In this document: positions 40,359-54,030 of the stretch, in pieces
Layout: each line of letters opens with the position of its first letter
How positions within the stretch are numbered: position 1 is the first letter of the stretch
Assembly (NCBI RefSeq): GCF_001194135.2
Contig: NC_068988.1
Location: 66,078,153-66,142,152, forward strand
Reading direction: 5' to 3'
Source: Octopus bimaculoides
Taxonomy: Eukaryota
Length of the DNA: 64,000 nucleotides
The notes under the pieces: model-generated
Seen by the model: only the letters and a program-made list of their open reading frames with translations
Database searches by the model: none
Told to the model about the DNA's origin: nothing
Made by a program: the position numbers and the translations under genes

Positions 40359-42445
40359 GAGAGAGAGTGATAAATAAGTAGATAGATACGTGCATAGAAA
40401 CAGACCCATTTATATAATTTGTTTTGTAAAATGCCTTTAACTTTCTTTAAATGTCTGAATTATTTTTCTTCCTGTTTGATTAATATTGACATTCACTCCT
40501 TATCACTGTGAATAGATAAATTAATAGAGAAAGCTAGAAAGTTTCCGTACTGTAAAATGCTGTGTTGCACGATTGCAACTTAGGATTCTTTGTTTACCAA
40601 ATTTTCTCATATTCTTCTAAGTAAAGTTTTTTCAAGAACAGTTTTATGGATTGAAACGTAGAGTTAATACAGAACAATCTGGTGTGCAACTAATTATATT
40701 ATTCACATTTCTTCATAGCATAACTGACAAAGCACCTTAAGGAAATTAAATTAATAGTATTTCCACTATGCTATGACAGGTGAAAATATATATACAGGTG
40801 TATGTGTGTGCGTGTGCATGTGTATGTGTGTGCGCGTGTGTGAAATAGGTATAGCTCTGTGGTTAAGAATTCCGTTTCTTCACACGTGTTTTCGGATTCA
40901 GCCTCACTGTACGCTGCTAACTATCTATACATCTACCTATTATTGCTTATTATGCTATCTCACTCTTATTATATATATGTGTGTGTGTGTGTGTCTGTCT
41001 ATCTGTGAGTGCGCATGTGCGTGTGTGTATGCACATATATGCATATATGCATACATACACTTACATATATATGTGTGTGTGTGTATATAATATAGTAGTT
41101 TACTGTTGATTGTATTGCATTTATATTTTCAGAATTTCTGTTTATTATACCTGTTTATTAAAATTAAGGTTCGGGCCCAGTCGTTGAAAATTCCTGCTTA
41201 ATCCCATGAACATATATATTCTCTAAGAGGGTTGGCTTAGTTGTACACCACCGCAAAATCACCAAAACCATATACACATAACTAAATACAGAACTTTTCA
41301 ATTATATTCCGATAATAGCTTTTAACATTTACGTGTTTTCGCACATAACTCACAATTATATGTTATGAGGTTGTTCGGACTTAGTCACATATCAGTGAAT
41401 ATTGCTTATAATGCAGCTGAACATAAACGTGAAATTGTGACAAATATCAAATATTTTGCTCACATTTCTGAATAATTCACTATTTTCCAAAAAAGAATTC
41501 ATTGATTTTAATTGGTTTTAACATATGGGGCATTTCTATTCGTTTAGAATCTTGAAAAATTTAGTTTCCATCATTGAATGGGGAATTAAAGTACGTTGGA
41601 GCATATTTAATATTCAACGACAACTACAACAACAACAATAATATAACCTGATCTTTGGGATCAAATAAATACGAATTATTCTCTGCAGGTGTTGATTGGG
41701 TAACTGGATGCATGGAAATGTTATTTTTTTCTTTTAATAGAGCTTAAAGCCTCAATTGCTGGAAAACTGTTATATTACACCTAATCATCAATTAAGACCT
41801 TATTAAAAGGAATTTGGAGCAACATCAGTTAGCTTCTGGTGCTAATGCTCTTGAAAAACAAAAATTAGGATAAAACAATCAGAATTCCATTTCTCTGGAA
41901 AATATAATTTGGTCAGATTAAAAATAAACAATATTAATGTTATTTGAAATGGAATTTAAATCTTTAAAAGAATACAATTAAATGACAAAAGAAATATTGA
42001 TTGATACGTTTATTTCTGAGTATGTTTTCTTCATATTTGAGTGTATTTTATTCTGAGTTCGATACCATTTCAAAGTAACTTGTACATGTGTCTAGTAATA
42101 TAGATTCAGGTACGCTCAAAACTTTGTGAGCGAAATAAAGAAACTAATAAGAAATTATGCCGCGTTCTGTTAAAGAATGGTTGCAATTCTACGCTAGCCC
42201 TCGGGTTTGCCTCTACTGGATCCAACTAATAATTAATAGGAAGTCTGAGAATATTGTAAGTTAAAGATTCCTTCCAAAACTCACAGAGTTCTTCGAGTGG
42301 TTGTCCTTTCATGTATGATTAAGTCATAAAAGGAAATAACTCTCCATTTATTTGTTTAATGTTTCACCTAAGTAATCATAACAAACTGTCTTTACCTCTC
42401 TCCCTCTCTCTCACACTTCTAACATGTGTATGGAGGTATGTATTT

Positions 42446-42560
42446 ATCCGCCCCGCCCCAGTGCTTGACAACCGGCGTTGGTGTGTTTATGTCCCGGTAA
42501 CCTAGCGGTTCGGTGAAAGAACCAATTGAATAAGTACCGGCTTAAAAATTTACTGGGTCC
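42446..42560 (+). mobile_element. SINE family B, middle module only
   Basis: gcttgacaaccggcgttggtgtgtttatgtcccggtaacctagcggttcgg matches about 57148-57200. Confidence 0.7.
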
Positions 42561-42766
42561 TAGCATAAATATATACAAATATTACAAGACCCCTTTCGGT
42601 CAGGAATAACCATGGGACTGAACCTACAAATATATTAAGACAATATGACCCCCCAGACACAATATACATATATATTTATATGTATGTATGTGTGTATATA
42701 TATATGGATATATATGTGTGTATGTATATATATATATGTATATATATGTGTGTATATATATATGTT

Positions 42767-42798
<32 letters not shown>

Positions 42799-43223
42799 NN
42801 NNNNNNNNNNNNNNNNNNNNNNNNNNNNNNNNNNNNNNNNNNNNNNNNNNNNNNNNNNNNNNNNNNNNNNNNNNNNNNNNNNNNNNNNNNNNNNNNNNNN
42901 NNNNNNNNNNNNNNNNNNNNNNNNNNNNNNNNNNNNNNNNNNNNNNNNNNNNNNNNNNNNNNNNNNNNNNNNNNNNNNNNNNNNNNNNNNNNNNNNNNNN
43001 NNNNNNNNNNNNNNNNNNNNNNNNNNNNNNNNNNNNNNNNNNNNNNNNNNNNNNNNNNNNNNNNNNNNNNNNNNNNNNNNNNNNNNNNNNNNNNNNNNNN
43101 NNNNNNNNNNNNNNNNNNNNNNNNNNNNNNNNNNNNNNNNNNNNNNNNNNNNNNNNNNNCCTTTTAGATGTTCTTCCTTAAATTCTTCACACTGAATGAG
43201 AATGACAATACATAACTTTAATT

Positions 43224-43226
43224 ATG

Positions 43227-43300
<74 letters not shown>
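43224..43300. repeat. (ATT)n microsatellite
   Basis: Direct reading. Confidence 0.95.
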
Positions 43301-43301
<1 letters not shown>

Positions 43302-45667
43302 TCTTGCATATTTGTATTGTCTTTTGAAACGTTCGTATGTATTAAATTTAATTTTGATTTTAACATCTGTTCACCATTTTTATACTTGATTTTAGTATCT
43401 TTATAACTATAACGAACTTTTTCAATATGTATATCTATATATATGTATGTGCATTCATATATATATATATATTATATATTTAAAAAGAGAAAATATTTAG
43501 AAATGAATATTCAGCAGTGAATATTTATATACCGTGTCATTATCGGTGGTTTAAATGAGGGTCTTAACTCTTACCTCTACGAATCAAACGCATTTGTGTG
43601 CCCTTATGATTTATATATATATATATGTTCCTCTGTAAATCTTCGGTATGAGATATGGATTCAGAGAATCGTGTGCCTATCACAGAAAGCTTATGTAAAC
43701 GACTTGGATTACAGTTCACATTATAATCCAATGGTATTACGCAAAATACGCATGTTGCTGAAATCCAATAGATTCAATCGATAGAAATATTTCGTGAGAT
43801 GTGTTTATAAACCATAAAATGTAAGAAGTTAAGAAATATGAATATATTTATTAAACAAGTTGATATCCTAAGGGGTACGCCGTTTAGCAGTCTCCTTCAT
43901 TTAGTAACAATTCCACTGTATTTACATGTCTGTATAAGTATGCATATTATACAATACATGTGTACATCTACTCACACACACGCACATATATATTAATGTG
44001 GTTCTGTGTATCTTAAATAGGGTTGTATGCGAACAATCCTGTTGAAATTCGTAATGCATTTGACTATACAGTCACTCGATTAAAACTGAGCCGACACTAC
44101 ACAACGAGACAATAACAACAGCTTGAAGCAGCAAAGGGGGAATCTGTGTTTGGATTTGTTTTACTGGCAAAATGACTCTAATAACTGTGCCTGCATAATG
44201 CTTATTTCTAAACTACTTTAAAATAGCTTCATTGAGCAGGAATCTTGTCAAAATCAGTGAGTCTATGACCAGCCCGTCGGTTTGTGTATCTTGAGCAGGT
44301 TTATCAATTTTCAGATTCAGTGAGGATTAGAATAGATTATTCTGCGCCACTCTACGCTCTAAATTCATATACTAATCAGTCGACTTTCCTTTGCAACCTT
44401 TCGCATTTCATATAATACCCTGTACCTTTTCTTAAACTTTCCTCCCTTTCTTCCCCCTCTCTCTTTTTGCTTCTAACTGCCTCTCTGTTATACTGTCTGT
44501 TTTCCTGATGAAACTGCTTTGGTAAGACTAGGAGGTAATTCGCTCTACTATGTCTGAAAGTGCGCAAGACATGTCATATACCATGAAGTTAGAAAAGTAA
44601 ATAAAGTTGGAAAGAGCACAGGGGTATATTTTTGAGAATGGTTTTGATTCTTTTGTTACAGTGAGAGATTTAAAATATAACCCGTTTCTATGTATCCATC
44701 TGATCAAATATTAGAAAGAATTCTTTTGCAAGGCATATCAAATACAACGTTGCCTGCTGGGTTCCATTCAATTGCTTTGTTTGAAGACGGTAGGATGTGA
44801 TTTGAGGAAATATACCTGGAAAGCGACCGTGGAGAGGATCTTACTCTGATTCGTGAACTGTGAAAATATCTTAGCATGTTAAGTGGTGGAAAGCTATGGC
44901 TTTATTTTCAAACCAAATTTGTTCTCTACAATGTTTTCGATAGTTATCGATTTTCATAAGAAAAATTGAATTCCTGTGGTAAGAGATACTAATACGATTA
45001 ACTTCCAAGAAAATTCTACTCAGCAGAAAATTTTAATACAATATTAAAACTAGTATCCAAACAGTAGATAAACACGCGAGAGACTTTGGATTAAAAGAGA
45101 AAAAGAGAACGGGAGAGGCGGTGAGAGAAAAAGAGGGAAAGAAGGTGAAAGAGGGCGGGAGAAAAGGTAGGGGAGAGAGGGAGGGAAGGTGGGAGTTAGA
45201 TGAACAGAAGGTGGAAAGAGGGAAAGAAGATGAGAAAGAGAGGGAGAGAAGGTGGGACAGAAGGTGGGGAAAAAGGTGAGAAAGAGGGGGAGAGAAAGTG
45301 GAGTGTGTATGTGTGTTAATATTCTTTCATTCTTTACTTGTACAGTTAGTCGATCGCAGTCATACTGGAGTTTCACACTAGTATTTATATCAGGATAATG
45401 CCAATTTATTGATTCGTAGATATTGGATAACTAGATAACACATTTGACATAGAGGGACCCAATACAGAACATAAGTTTACTATAGTAAACATCAACAGAG
45501 ACACAGGCATTTAAACATGCACACTCACACACACACATACACACACACACGCACGCACAGAGGCACGCACAAACACGCGCACCCAGATACAGGGCTTTTA
45601 AGCCCAACGTTTATTATAGCATTATTTGCTCTGAGGTCCAACATTGTAGAAAAGAATTTCTTATGGC

Positions 45668-45708
<41 letters not shown>

Positions 45709-46042
45709 GTGTGTGCACACCCACTCATATATATACAAACATTTATATATAAAATCCTTATATATGTATGCGTATGATGGAATTCGATTCGACTTACACC
45801 CCAACTGTATTCCACTTACAACATATTCATAAATACAAAGCTACATTACGATTCTTCAAATATGACGTAGTTTGACCGAACAGAGGTCGTTTGCTTGTAT
45901 ATCATAATTAATATGTTTAGTTTTTGGAAACAACCTAACGTGTTCAGCCGGACGCTATTCAAAATTATCACTGTATGAGTCACCATTCCAAGTCAAATAT
46001 GTGTGCATATATCTATGAATATGCGAGTGCATGTGTCTATAT

Positions 46043-46114
<72 letters not shown>

Positions 46115-46614
46115 CCTGGTTGGTGCATAAGTGACTCAACGTAAGTGATTTACTATACCTCTAGCTGAAGAAAGTGTAGTGTGAGATTGTCATTTGGTGC
46201 GCGTGCAATTCAATAGCTTCATTAGTTAAACATCAATGATTATAGTTCTAGGTGTCCTTTCTACACACATACTCACGCGCGCGCGCGGTTAATTATGACT
46301 TTTCCCGTTCATGCATAAATGTATGTGAGTGTCTTTAAAATTCTGAGGAATTATGACTTATGTTTATCTAGGGAAAAGATTAACAAAACGACTGAATATA
46401 TTAATATTGGAACATTGAATATATACTTGAATAATCCTTATAGACTCTGCTGCATGCTGTGATGAATAAGTGTGTGTGTGTCTGTCTATTTACGTATGAC
46501 CAGGGTATATATATTTACGCACATATACAGTATATGTATACATGTGTATACCTATATCTATAAGTATACAGACACCACATACGCATATATATATACATAT
46601 ACATACACATATAC

Positions 46615-46684
<70 letters not shown>

Positions 46685-46869
46685 CGATATCTATATGTGC
46701 ATGTATGTGCGTATGTACGAGGGTATATATATTTACACACACATATGTATATATGTATATCTATATCTATAAATATAAAAGCACCATACATAAGCGCGTA
46801 TATATATATGTATATATGCACCTATCTATATCTATATGTGTGTGCATGCGTGCATGTGTTTGTGTTTGT

Positions 46870-46916
<47 letters not shown>

Positions 46917-47847
46917 GTGTAGTATTCGAACAAGAATTAGTGAAGATGAAATATAGGCGTGTAAATTTGCTCGGAACCCGCTCGTGTATATTACAATACG
47001 AAAGGCAAATACTGAGGAAAAATTTTCTATTCATATATTTTGTTTGTAAATCCCTGACGATCCTTGTGTCATGTTTGTCCCCTATATGTTAGCCCGCATG
47101 GGTAATAAAAAAAGCAGATTCTTATGTCATGTGATATCCGCGGGATTACCAGATACGGTGTTTCGGCGTGATTGTTCCTCTCCAGTGTTATTGACCTCTC
47201 GATCATCAAGCGCTAAGCCTGAACTACTTAAAATACACTCACAATATATTTGCCCGTGTGTGCTGAGGCTTTTACCCTGGAATTAATTGAGCACAATCTC
47301 ATGAGTAATCGTGTGTCACTATAAAGATATGTAAATTTATTTTATCACACTCCTACGCACTAAAATCTGAAAAGCATCCGCTGCAGATTTTTTTCACTCA
47401 GTACAGAAAATAGTTTTATCCTTAGACTTCATGTGTTCTACCTATAAGGACAGAATTTTCGGGTTTTCTCCAGATAAGAGTATGTGACACAGGAGACCTG
47501 TTTATTTCAAAATAGCAAGTCTGATAGTCTTCTGATGCTGCTCAGAACACATTTCCATGTGTAATTGACATATGAAATCTACAGACATAAAATGTTTCTA
47601 CGATCAATGGAAAACATCTCACAGTGAATGTTTTTCAAGATACACCTAAATTATGAAGCACTATTGTATGAATCATTACACANNNNNNNNNNNNNNNNNN
47701 NNNNNNNNNNNNNNNNNNNNNNNNNNNNNNNNNNNNNNNNNNNNNNNNNNNNNNNNNNNNNNNNNNNNNNNNNNNNNNNNNNNNNNNNNNNNNNNNNNNN
47801 NNNNNNNNNNNNNNNNNNNNNNNNNNNNNNNNNNNNNNNNNNNNNNN

Positions 47848-47879
<32 letters not shown>

Positions 47880-48904
47880 GGGAATATAAATTTGATTATA
47901 TGCGAACAGTTCAAAAATGAATAGAAAGACAACTTAATACGCTGAAGTAGATTTAGCAGGGTGAAGTCTAGATCTTCGAAATTTAGGCGGCCTCTACGAA
48001 GCCGTACTGTCAGCACGTGCATGTGTGTGTGTATGTGTGTGTGTGTGTGTAGCAGCAGCAGCAGCAGTAGTAGTAGTATATCTATTGCCGCTTTATATTA
48101 ACTATACTGCATATGCTACTGATATTTCTAGCCTCTTTCTGACGTCGGCCTGAGACTCAATATTTTAATTGAATAAATATTAGATTTGATGTGAACGACT
48201 ATAATACCTGTAGCCTCTCCTTACGTACCTGTTATTAATATGAAAATAGTAGTGTTGTCTGCAAGAATTTACTGTGAGTAGAGGCACAGGAAATGGAACC
48301 TACTGCAGCGAACTTGAATTTGAGAGATTTACCAGCAAGCCTGCCATTACAGGGTCACCCGACCTCTAGACAAAGTAGTTAGCGCGTCTTCAAATTATTT
48401 CGTACTGTCCTAAATATTGGAAGCACATAAAAGATAATGTAATCTATAAAACAGGAAATGCGGGAAGGGTATGGCTGGAATACTGCAGATAACAAGGCGT
48501 TAATTACAACTATTATTGCTATTATTATTTTTATTATAAACGGGTACATACGTACAAGCACACACACTTAGTCTTCATCACGCAGGCACGGATGCACGCA
48601 CGAACACACATATATAAAGGCTGTCAAATCACTAAATCCGCAAGAGAAAGAATTGCTGACAAAATATTTTTCTGTGTGCTATTTGATCTTGTGTATGATG
48701 CATCGATTTATGAACTACACTTGTCAAATAATAACGTGTCTTGTCTTCTTTTAATAATGAATAGTTGTTTTTAAGAAATCAAGTAAATATCGTTCACTCA
48801 CGAAGATGTGTATATATATGTATACACACACACAACACACACACACACACACACCCATACACACATAAATATATATAGATATAAATATATACATATCCTA
48901 GCTA

Positions 48905-49030
48905 TTTTTTATCGTTTATCTTTTATTAATCGTTTCTGTCATTAGACTGCGGCCATGCTGGGGCAGCGCCTTGAAACTTTTTAGAGGAATGAATCGACCA
49001 CTGAGCTAAAATTTTTATATAAGCTTGGTA
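48905..49030 (-). mobile_element. SINE 3' tail related to family B
   Basis: gtcattagactgcggccatgctggggcagcgcc is the reverse complement of the ggtgctccagcatggccgca tail type. Confidence 0.65.
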
Positions 49031-49045
49031 CTTATATATATATAC

Positions 49046-49122
<77 letters not shown>

Positions 49123-49372
49123 CGTGTGTTTGTTGTGCATGTTTAAGCGCGTGTGTGTTTGGGCGCTGGGGCTTACATGGTTCAATCTAATAAACCATCT
49201 ACTCACTGAAATAGCCTATAGGTAACTGGCTATTGCTCGGTTGCGTTGTAACCCTAACATACGTCTCATACTGACATCAGTGTGTAACAAGAGCAATTTC
49301 ATTCACAGGTTTTACGTTGACATCGCGCTCTCGGAATAGACACGTGGTGGGATCGAACAAGACATTTCATTA

Positions 49373-49591
49373 TTGAATAGCGAACACTTTAAGCATTCTA
49401 CCTATCTATCTGTGCATACCTGTCGATGCTGTGTATGTCATAATGTCTGCAAATTTAACAGAGGCCTCAAAAGACATTTTAAGACCCACACAGATCAAAA
49501 CTTAACTGTAGTTCTTGGTGGTCCAAAATTGATATGCAATTTATGTGGGTTTGAAAACATTGGTTTAAAAAATCCACATCAGACACCATGA
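49373..49591 (+). pseudogene. Isolated C2H2 zinc finger plus a broken second finger, likely a LINE (RTE-type) 3' end remnant
   Basis: C-x2-C-x12-H-x3-H (CCVCHNVCKFNRGLKRHFKTH) at 49427-49489, then LICNLCGF with disrupted spacing. Confidence 0.5.
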
Positions 49592-50199
49592 TAGATCTAT
49601 GGCTTAAGTACAGAGGGTGGTCAAACTCTTAATAAGTACAACCACTATATATATATANNNNNNNNNNNNNNNNNNNNNNNNNNNNNNNNNNNNNNNNNNN
49701 NNNNNNNNNNNNNNNNNNNNNNNNNNNNNNNNNNNNNNNNNNNNNNNNNNNNNNNNNNNNNNNNNNNNNNNNNNNNNNNNNNNNNNNNNNNNNNNNNNNN
49801 NNNNNNNNNNNNNNNNNNNNNNNNNNNNNNNNNNNNNNNNNNNNNNNNNNNNNNNNNNNNNNNNNNNNNNNNNNNNNNNNNNNNNNNNNNNNNNNNNNNN
49901 NNNNNNNNNNNNNNNNNNNNNNNNNNNNNNNNNNNNNNNNNNNNNNNNNNNNNNNNNNNNNNNNNNNNNNNNNNNNNNNNNNNNNNNNNNNNNNNNNNNN
50001 NNNNNNNNNNNNNNNNNNNNNNNNNNNNNNNNNNNNNNNNNNNNNNNNNNNNNNNNNNNNNNNNNNNNNNNNNNNNNNNNNNNNNNNNNNNNNNNNNNNN
50101 NNNNNNNNNNNNNNNNNNNNNNNNNNNNNNNNNNNNNNNNNNNNNNNNNNNTATATATAAGCATATATCAATCTAAAAAAGAAAATGACTTATGTGTGA

Positions 50200-50240
<41 letters not shown>

Positions 50241-51817
50241 TGTGTGTATGTTCATATAAATGATTTTTTCATGTTATTTGTTTATTTCTTCACTTTGCTT
50301 TATTATATTCATTGTTGAAACTTTATAGGAACATAAATTAACAAACATTAAATAGACAAATCAATGAAGGGAACTATATATTCACGTTATGAAAAAATCT
50401 CATATTATTTCTTTGATTTATATTCCAGACATTTAGGACCCCATTTGGAGCTTCATACGATTTTCAAGCTAATTTTTTACTAAATCTATTTTTTATCGTT
50501 GAAGTCATAAAACAGACCCAATTCTAGACACATAAAGTTCGGCGTGTATCTTTAAGTTAATCATATAAATTGTTTCGCTTGTTGTATTTCTTCCTCTTAT
50601 AAATTAGTTTTGTTTATTTTGTGAACTGCAATTCAATACACTTGTTTTTTAGTTTTCCTCTTGTAGACGTATGCTAAATGTAGTTCCAATAAAATGGCTA
50701 CAATGAACATCTCAATTTCTGGACTTGTTATGTTTATCATTATCTCTGTGTTTTTCATGAATTTCAAGCATCACGTACGAAGCATCGATTTTTTTACACT
50801 AAATCTTCAAACATGAGAAGAAAAAAAAAATGGAAGACAATGTGATCTTAAATTTCTGTTTTCTTGGTGTCCATTATCAGGCAGTTGTGAGAAAGTAACT
50901 TCAAGTTATCCTAAAGCACACAGTAAACATTTAGAAAAGTATAACAGCAGCTTTGAATTGTATTTTCAATGTATATTTTAATACTGATGCAATACACAGT
51001 ATCAATTGAATGAGTTGTCAGAGTGACTTGTAGCGAAAAGCGAAAGTTGATAGAGAAACTATTATTTCTTTCATTCCTCTTTCATTCTTCGAGTTTGAAT
51101 GGATCAGACAGATGGAACTGATCCTTAAACAATTTATCGGAAGAGAGCGTCATCTTGGGAGGGAAAGTATAAGTTGATTGGATTTATATTCCTTTAAATG
51201 AGTGAACATTAACAAGTTTCGATTGCCAGACTAAGAACTAATCTATACTACACAATTAAGAGGATCACCAACAACTGATATATCTTATTTTTAGATAACA
51301 GTTTTCTTATAAGTTTGCCAGAACAGAGGAGGGTAAAGCTTCGTTAGACTCTATGCACAGTTATGATATTCAGAGCGATTATCTATCATGCTAATAAAAC
51401 AGGTGTAAAAACAAGCAGAGAAGAGTACTATTCTTACAATGAAGTATTAATTTCATTACATATTCTATCAAGAGGACTTTTGGCATCTTTCCTTTAAAAT
51501 GGCAGCTGAACATTTCTCATAAATGTCAAAATGCTGTCTCAAACTATATTATTTATGAACTCATAAACTAGAATATCCAAACGCCTAATTTCATTGTACT
51601 ATGGAGGAAATTTCATTGTATAAAATAAAGTTCATCCTGTTTTTAAAATTCTTATAATTGTATTTATTAATAATAGCCATTTTATTCTTCCATGTTGGTA
51701 AAAATTTCTGGAGTATTATCAAAATTCTTATTTTATTTTTAGCTTATGGTTTCAAAAATAAAATTCATTGCAATTCCTGGAAAATGTTGTTTCATATTTT
51801 CTATCGATCTTGACCAT

Positions 51818-52124
<307 letters not shown>

Positions 52125-52250
52125 TCTTCTTCTTCTTCTTCTTCTTCTTCTTCTTCTTCTTCTTCTTCTTCTTCTTCTTCTTCTTCTTCTTCTTCTTCTT
52201 CTTCTTCTTCTTCTTCTTCTTCTTCTTCTTCTTCTTCTTCTTCTTCTTCT
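52125..52250. repeat. Pure (TTC)n/(GAA)n tract of about 42 units
   Basis: Direct reading. Confidence 0.95.
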
Positions 52251-52252
52251 TT

Positions 52253-53345
52253 CATATGTGTATTATAACATCAGTTATAATACACATATGTTTCATCTTG
52301 CCCACCGTCATTAGGTCCGGCTTGTTGTTCTCAAGCTCCTGGTTTCATATGGAATGGAAAATCCCACAGGATTTCACAGGTCTCCGACTCAGTTACCCTC
52401 TGTAGTGTGTTTTCGTACATCTGGTCTCTTTCTAACCCTATCTTTTTCATACAGTTTCCAATTCAGCGCCTTAGCTACCACATCATGTTGCCACAATTTA
52501 AATTACTTCTGAACAGTTCGAGGGTATTCTTTCACAATACAGGCAAAATTTTCGTCAAATTCTATACAATGAAAAGGCCTGCTCATTTCTAAGGTTGATT
52601 CTAATTTGTGGAGAAATGTTGGTCTTGTACTCCAAGTATAGTGTTCTCAGCCTCTTTTCTTTATTCCCTTCTTTAACCAGTTCCACCTGTGGTCTCCAGC
52701 ACCTTCAGTTGGAGCTAGAAAGAATTGGTTGTATGCACCCTAGCTGAGTAATGATTCTTCGTGTTTTGTTCATTTTCTTTTTGCCAGTTTTCAATTTGCT
52801 CTCATCTCTCACTGCTTCAACCAAGGTTTCTTCAGTTTAGGTTAGCTATCTCAGCAAGTTCCCATGTTCAACGCGCATGCAGCCTTCCATTTTCATCAGT
52901 CCCCTTTGTTCATTTGCGCTCTCCAAATGCAGACCATCAGTGTCTCCAGGTAGATTATGTGCTCCTTGCATAGTTAGTAGCTCTCTTGTCTTCTTGCCCA
53001 ACTCCTTTAGCTCATCCTCTGACCACTTCGGAATGCCAGTTCCATACCGAACCATTGTATCTACACGAGTCTATTGATAAAATTATATTTTTGTTTTCAG
53101 CTTTGAATCTAACATTTTTCTCTGGCTTTCATATCATACTACCATACTTAATTCTGTCTGCATCAAGTATTCCCAGGTATCTATATCAAGATTCAGGTTC
53201 AATTGCCTCCATCAGTTTACCACTTGGCATACATATACTTTCTGTTCTGCCAGACTTTCCCCGTCTCAACACCATCACAGCACATTTTGTAAGTCCAAAC
53301 TCCATTTTGATATTAACTTAGAAAATCTGCATAGAATGGATTAGA
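52253..53345 (-). mobile_element. R4/Dong-clade non-LTR retrotransposon fragment (RT C-terminus to endonuclease), heavily decayed
   Basis: IKMEFGLTKCAVMVLRRGK; YRYLGILD; VRYGTGIPKWSEDELKELGKKTRELLTMQGAH; WNWLKKG; QHDVVAK; EILWDF; NNKPD; CIITDV. Confidence 0.82.
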
Positions 53346-53514
53346 TCATCAAATCCTGTCAAAACACCGCTCCTCCTCCTCCTGGTCGTCGTCGTCGTCG
53401 TCGTCATCATCATCATCATCATCATCATCATCAGCATCATCATCATTATGGCTATCATTTGTTTTTAACAAAATGTCAGTGAAACTTGTGACATACGTGA
53501 AGCTAAATGAGCGT

Positions 53515-53645
53515 ACACGTGAAGCTAAATTAACTCGTCGGAAAAAGTGCTTTGTGTTATTTCGGCTATTTACGTTCTGATGTGAAATCCCACCGAGGTC
53601 AACACTATCCAGTGTAGATGAATACAGTCCCCAGTCTAGGCACTG
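53515..53645 (+). mobile_element. SINE family A, degraded
   Basis: tttacgttctgatgtgaaatcccaccgaggtcaac. Confidence 0.55.
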
Positions 53646-53684
<39 letters not shown>

Positions 53685-53812
53685 GTGTGCATCTAGTACG
53701 TGTGCCTGTGTGTGTGAGCGCATGTGTGTGTAATGTATACATGTATAACATTGATATGGATATATCTATATGAATGATATATGTTTATATACATGTGTGA
53801 GAGTGAGTGTGT

Positions 53813-54030
53813 AGGTGCGTGACTTAGTGATCAGGGTGTTCCACTCATGATTGTAAGATTATAATTTCGTATACTGGATCGGGAAACGGGTTGTGTTGCT
53901 GAGCCACTTCACGTAGGTCCACTACACTCAGTTGGCAAAAATGAGTTCAAGCGGGTTGGCGTCAGAATATATACGACAGAGAATCCCGCAAACCGGTGTC
54001 ATGAGCCTACAACTCGGGAGAGACTTTCGT
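53813..54030 (+). mobile_element. SINE family C (CORE-like), degraded
   Basis: gcgtgacttagtgatcaggg head; cacttcacgtaggtccactacactcagttggcaaaaatgag core-like segment. Confidence 0.5.

Noticed and set aside
41689-41699. Possible 11-nt microexon (ttattctctgcag|GTGTTGATTGG|gtaact)
   Set aside because: Short pyrimidine tract, weak donor, not a multiple of three and no partner exons; needs RNA-seq.
46276-46288. (CG)n and mixed CG/CA tracts with Z-DNA potential (also about 23750-23830)
   Set aside because: Expected by-products of (CA)n microsatellite evolution here.
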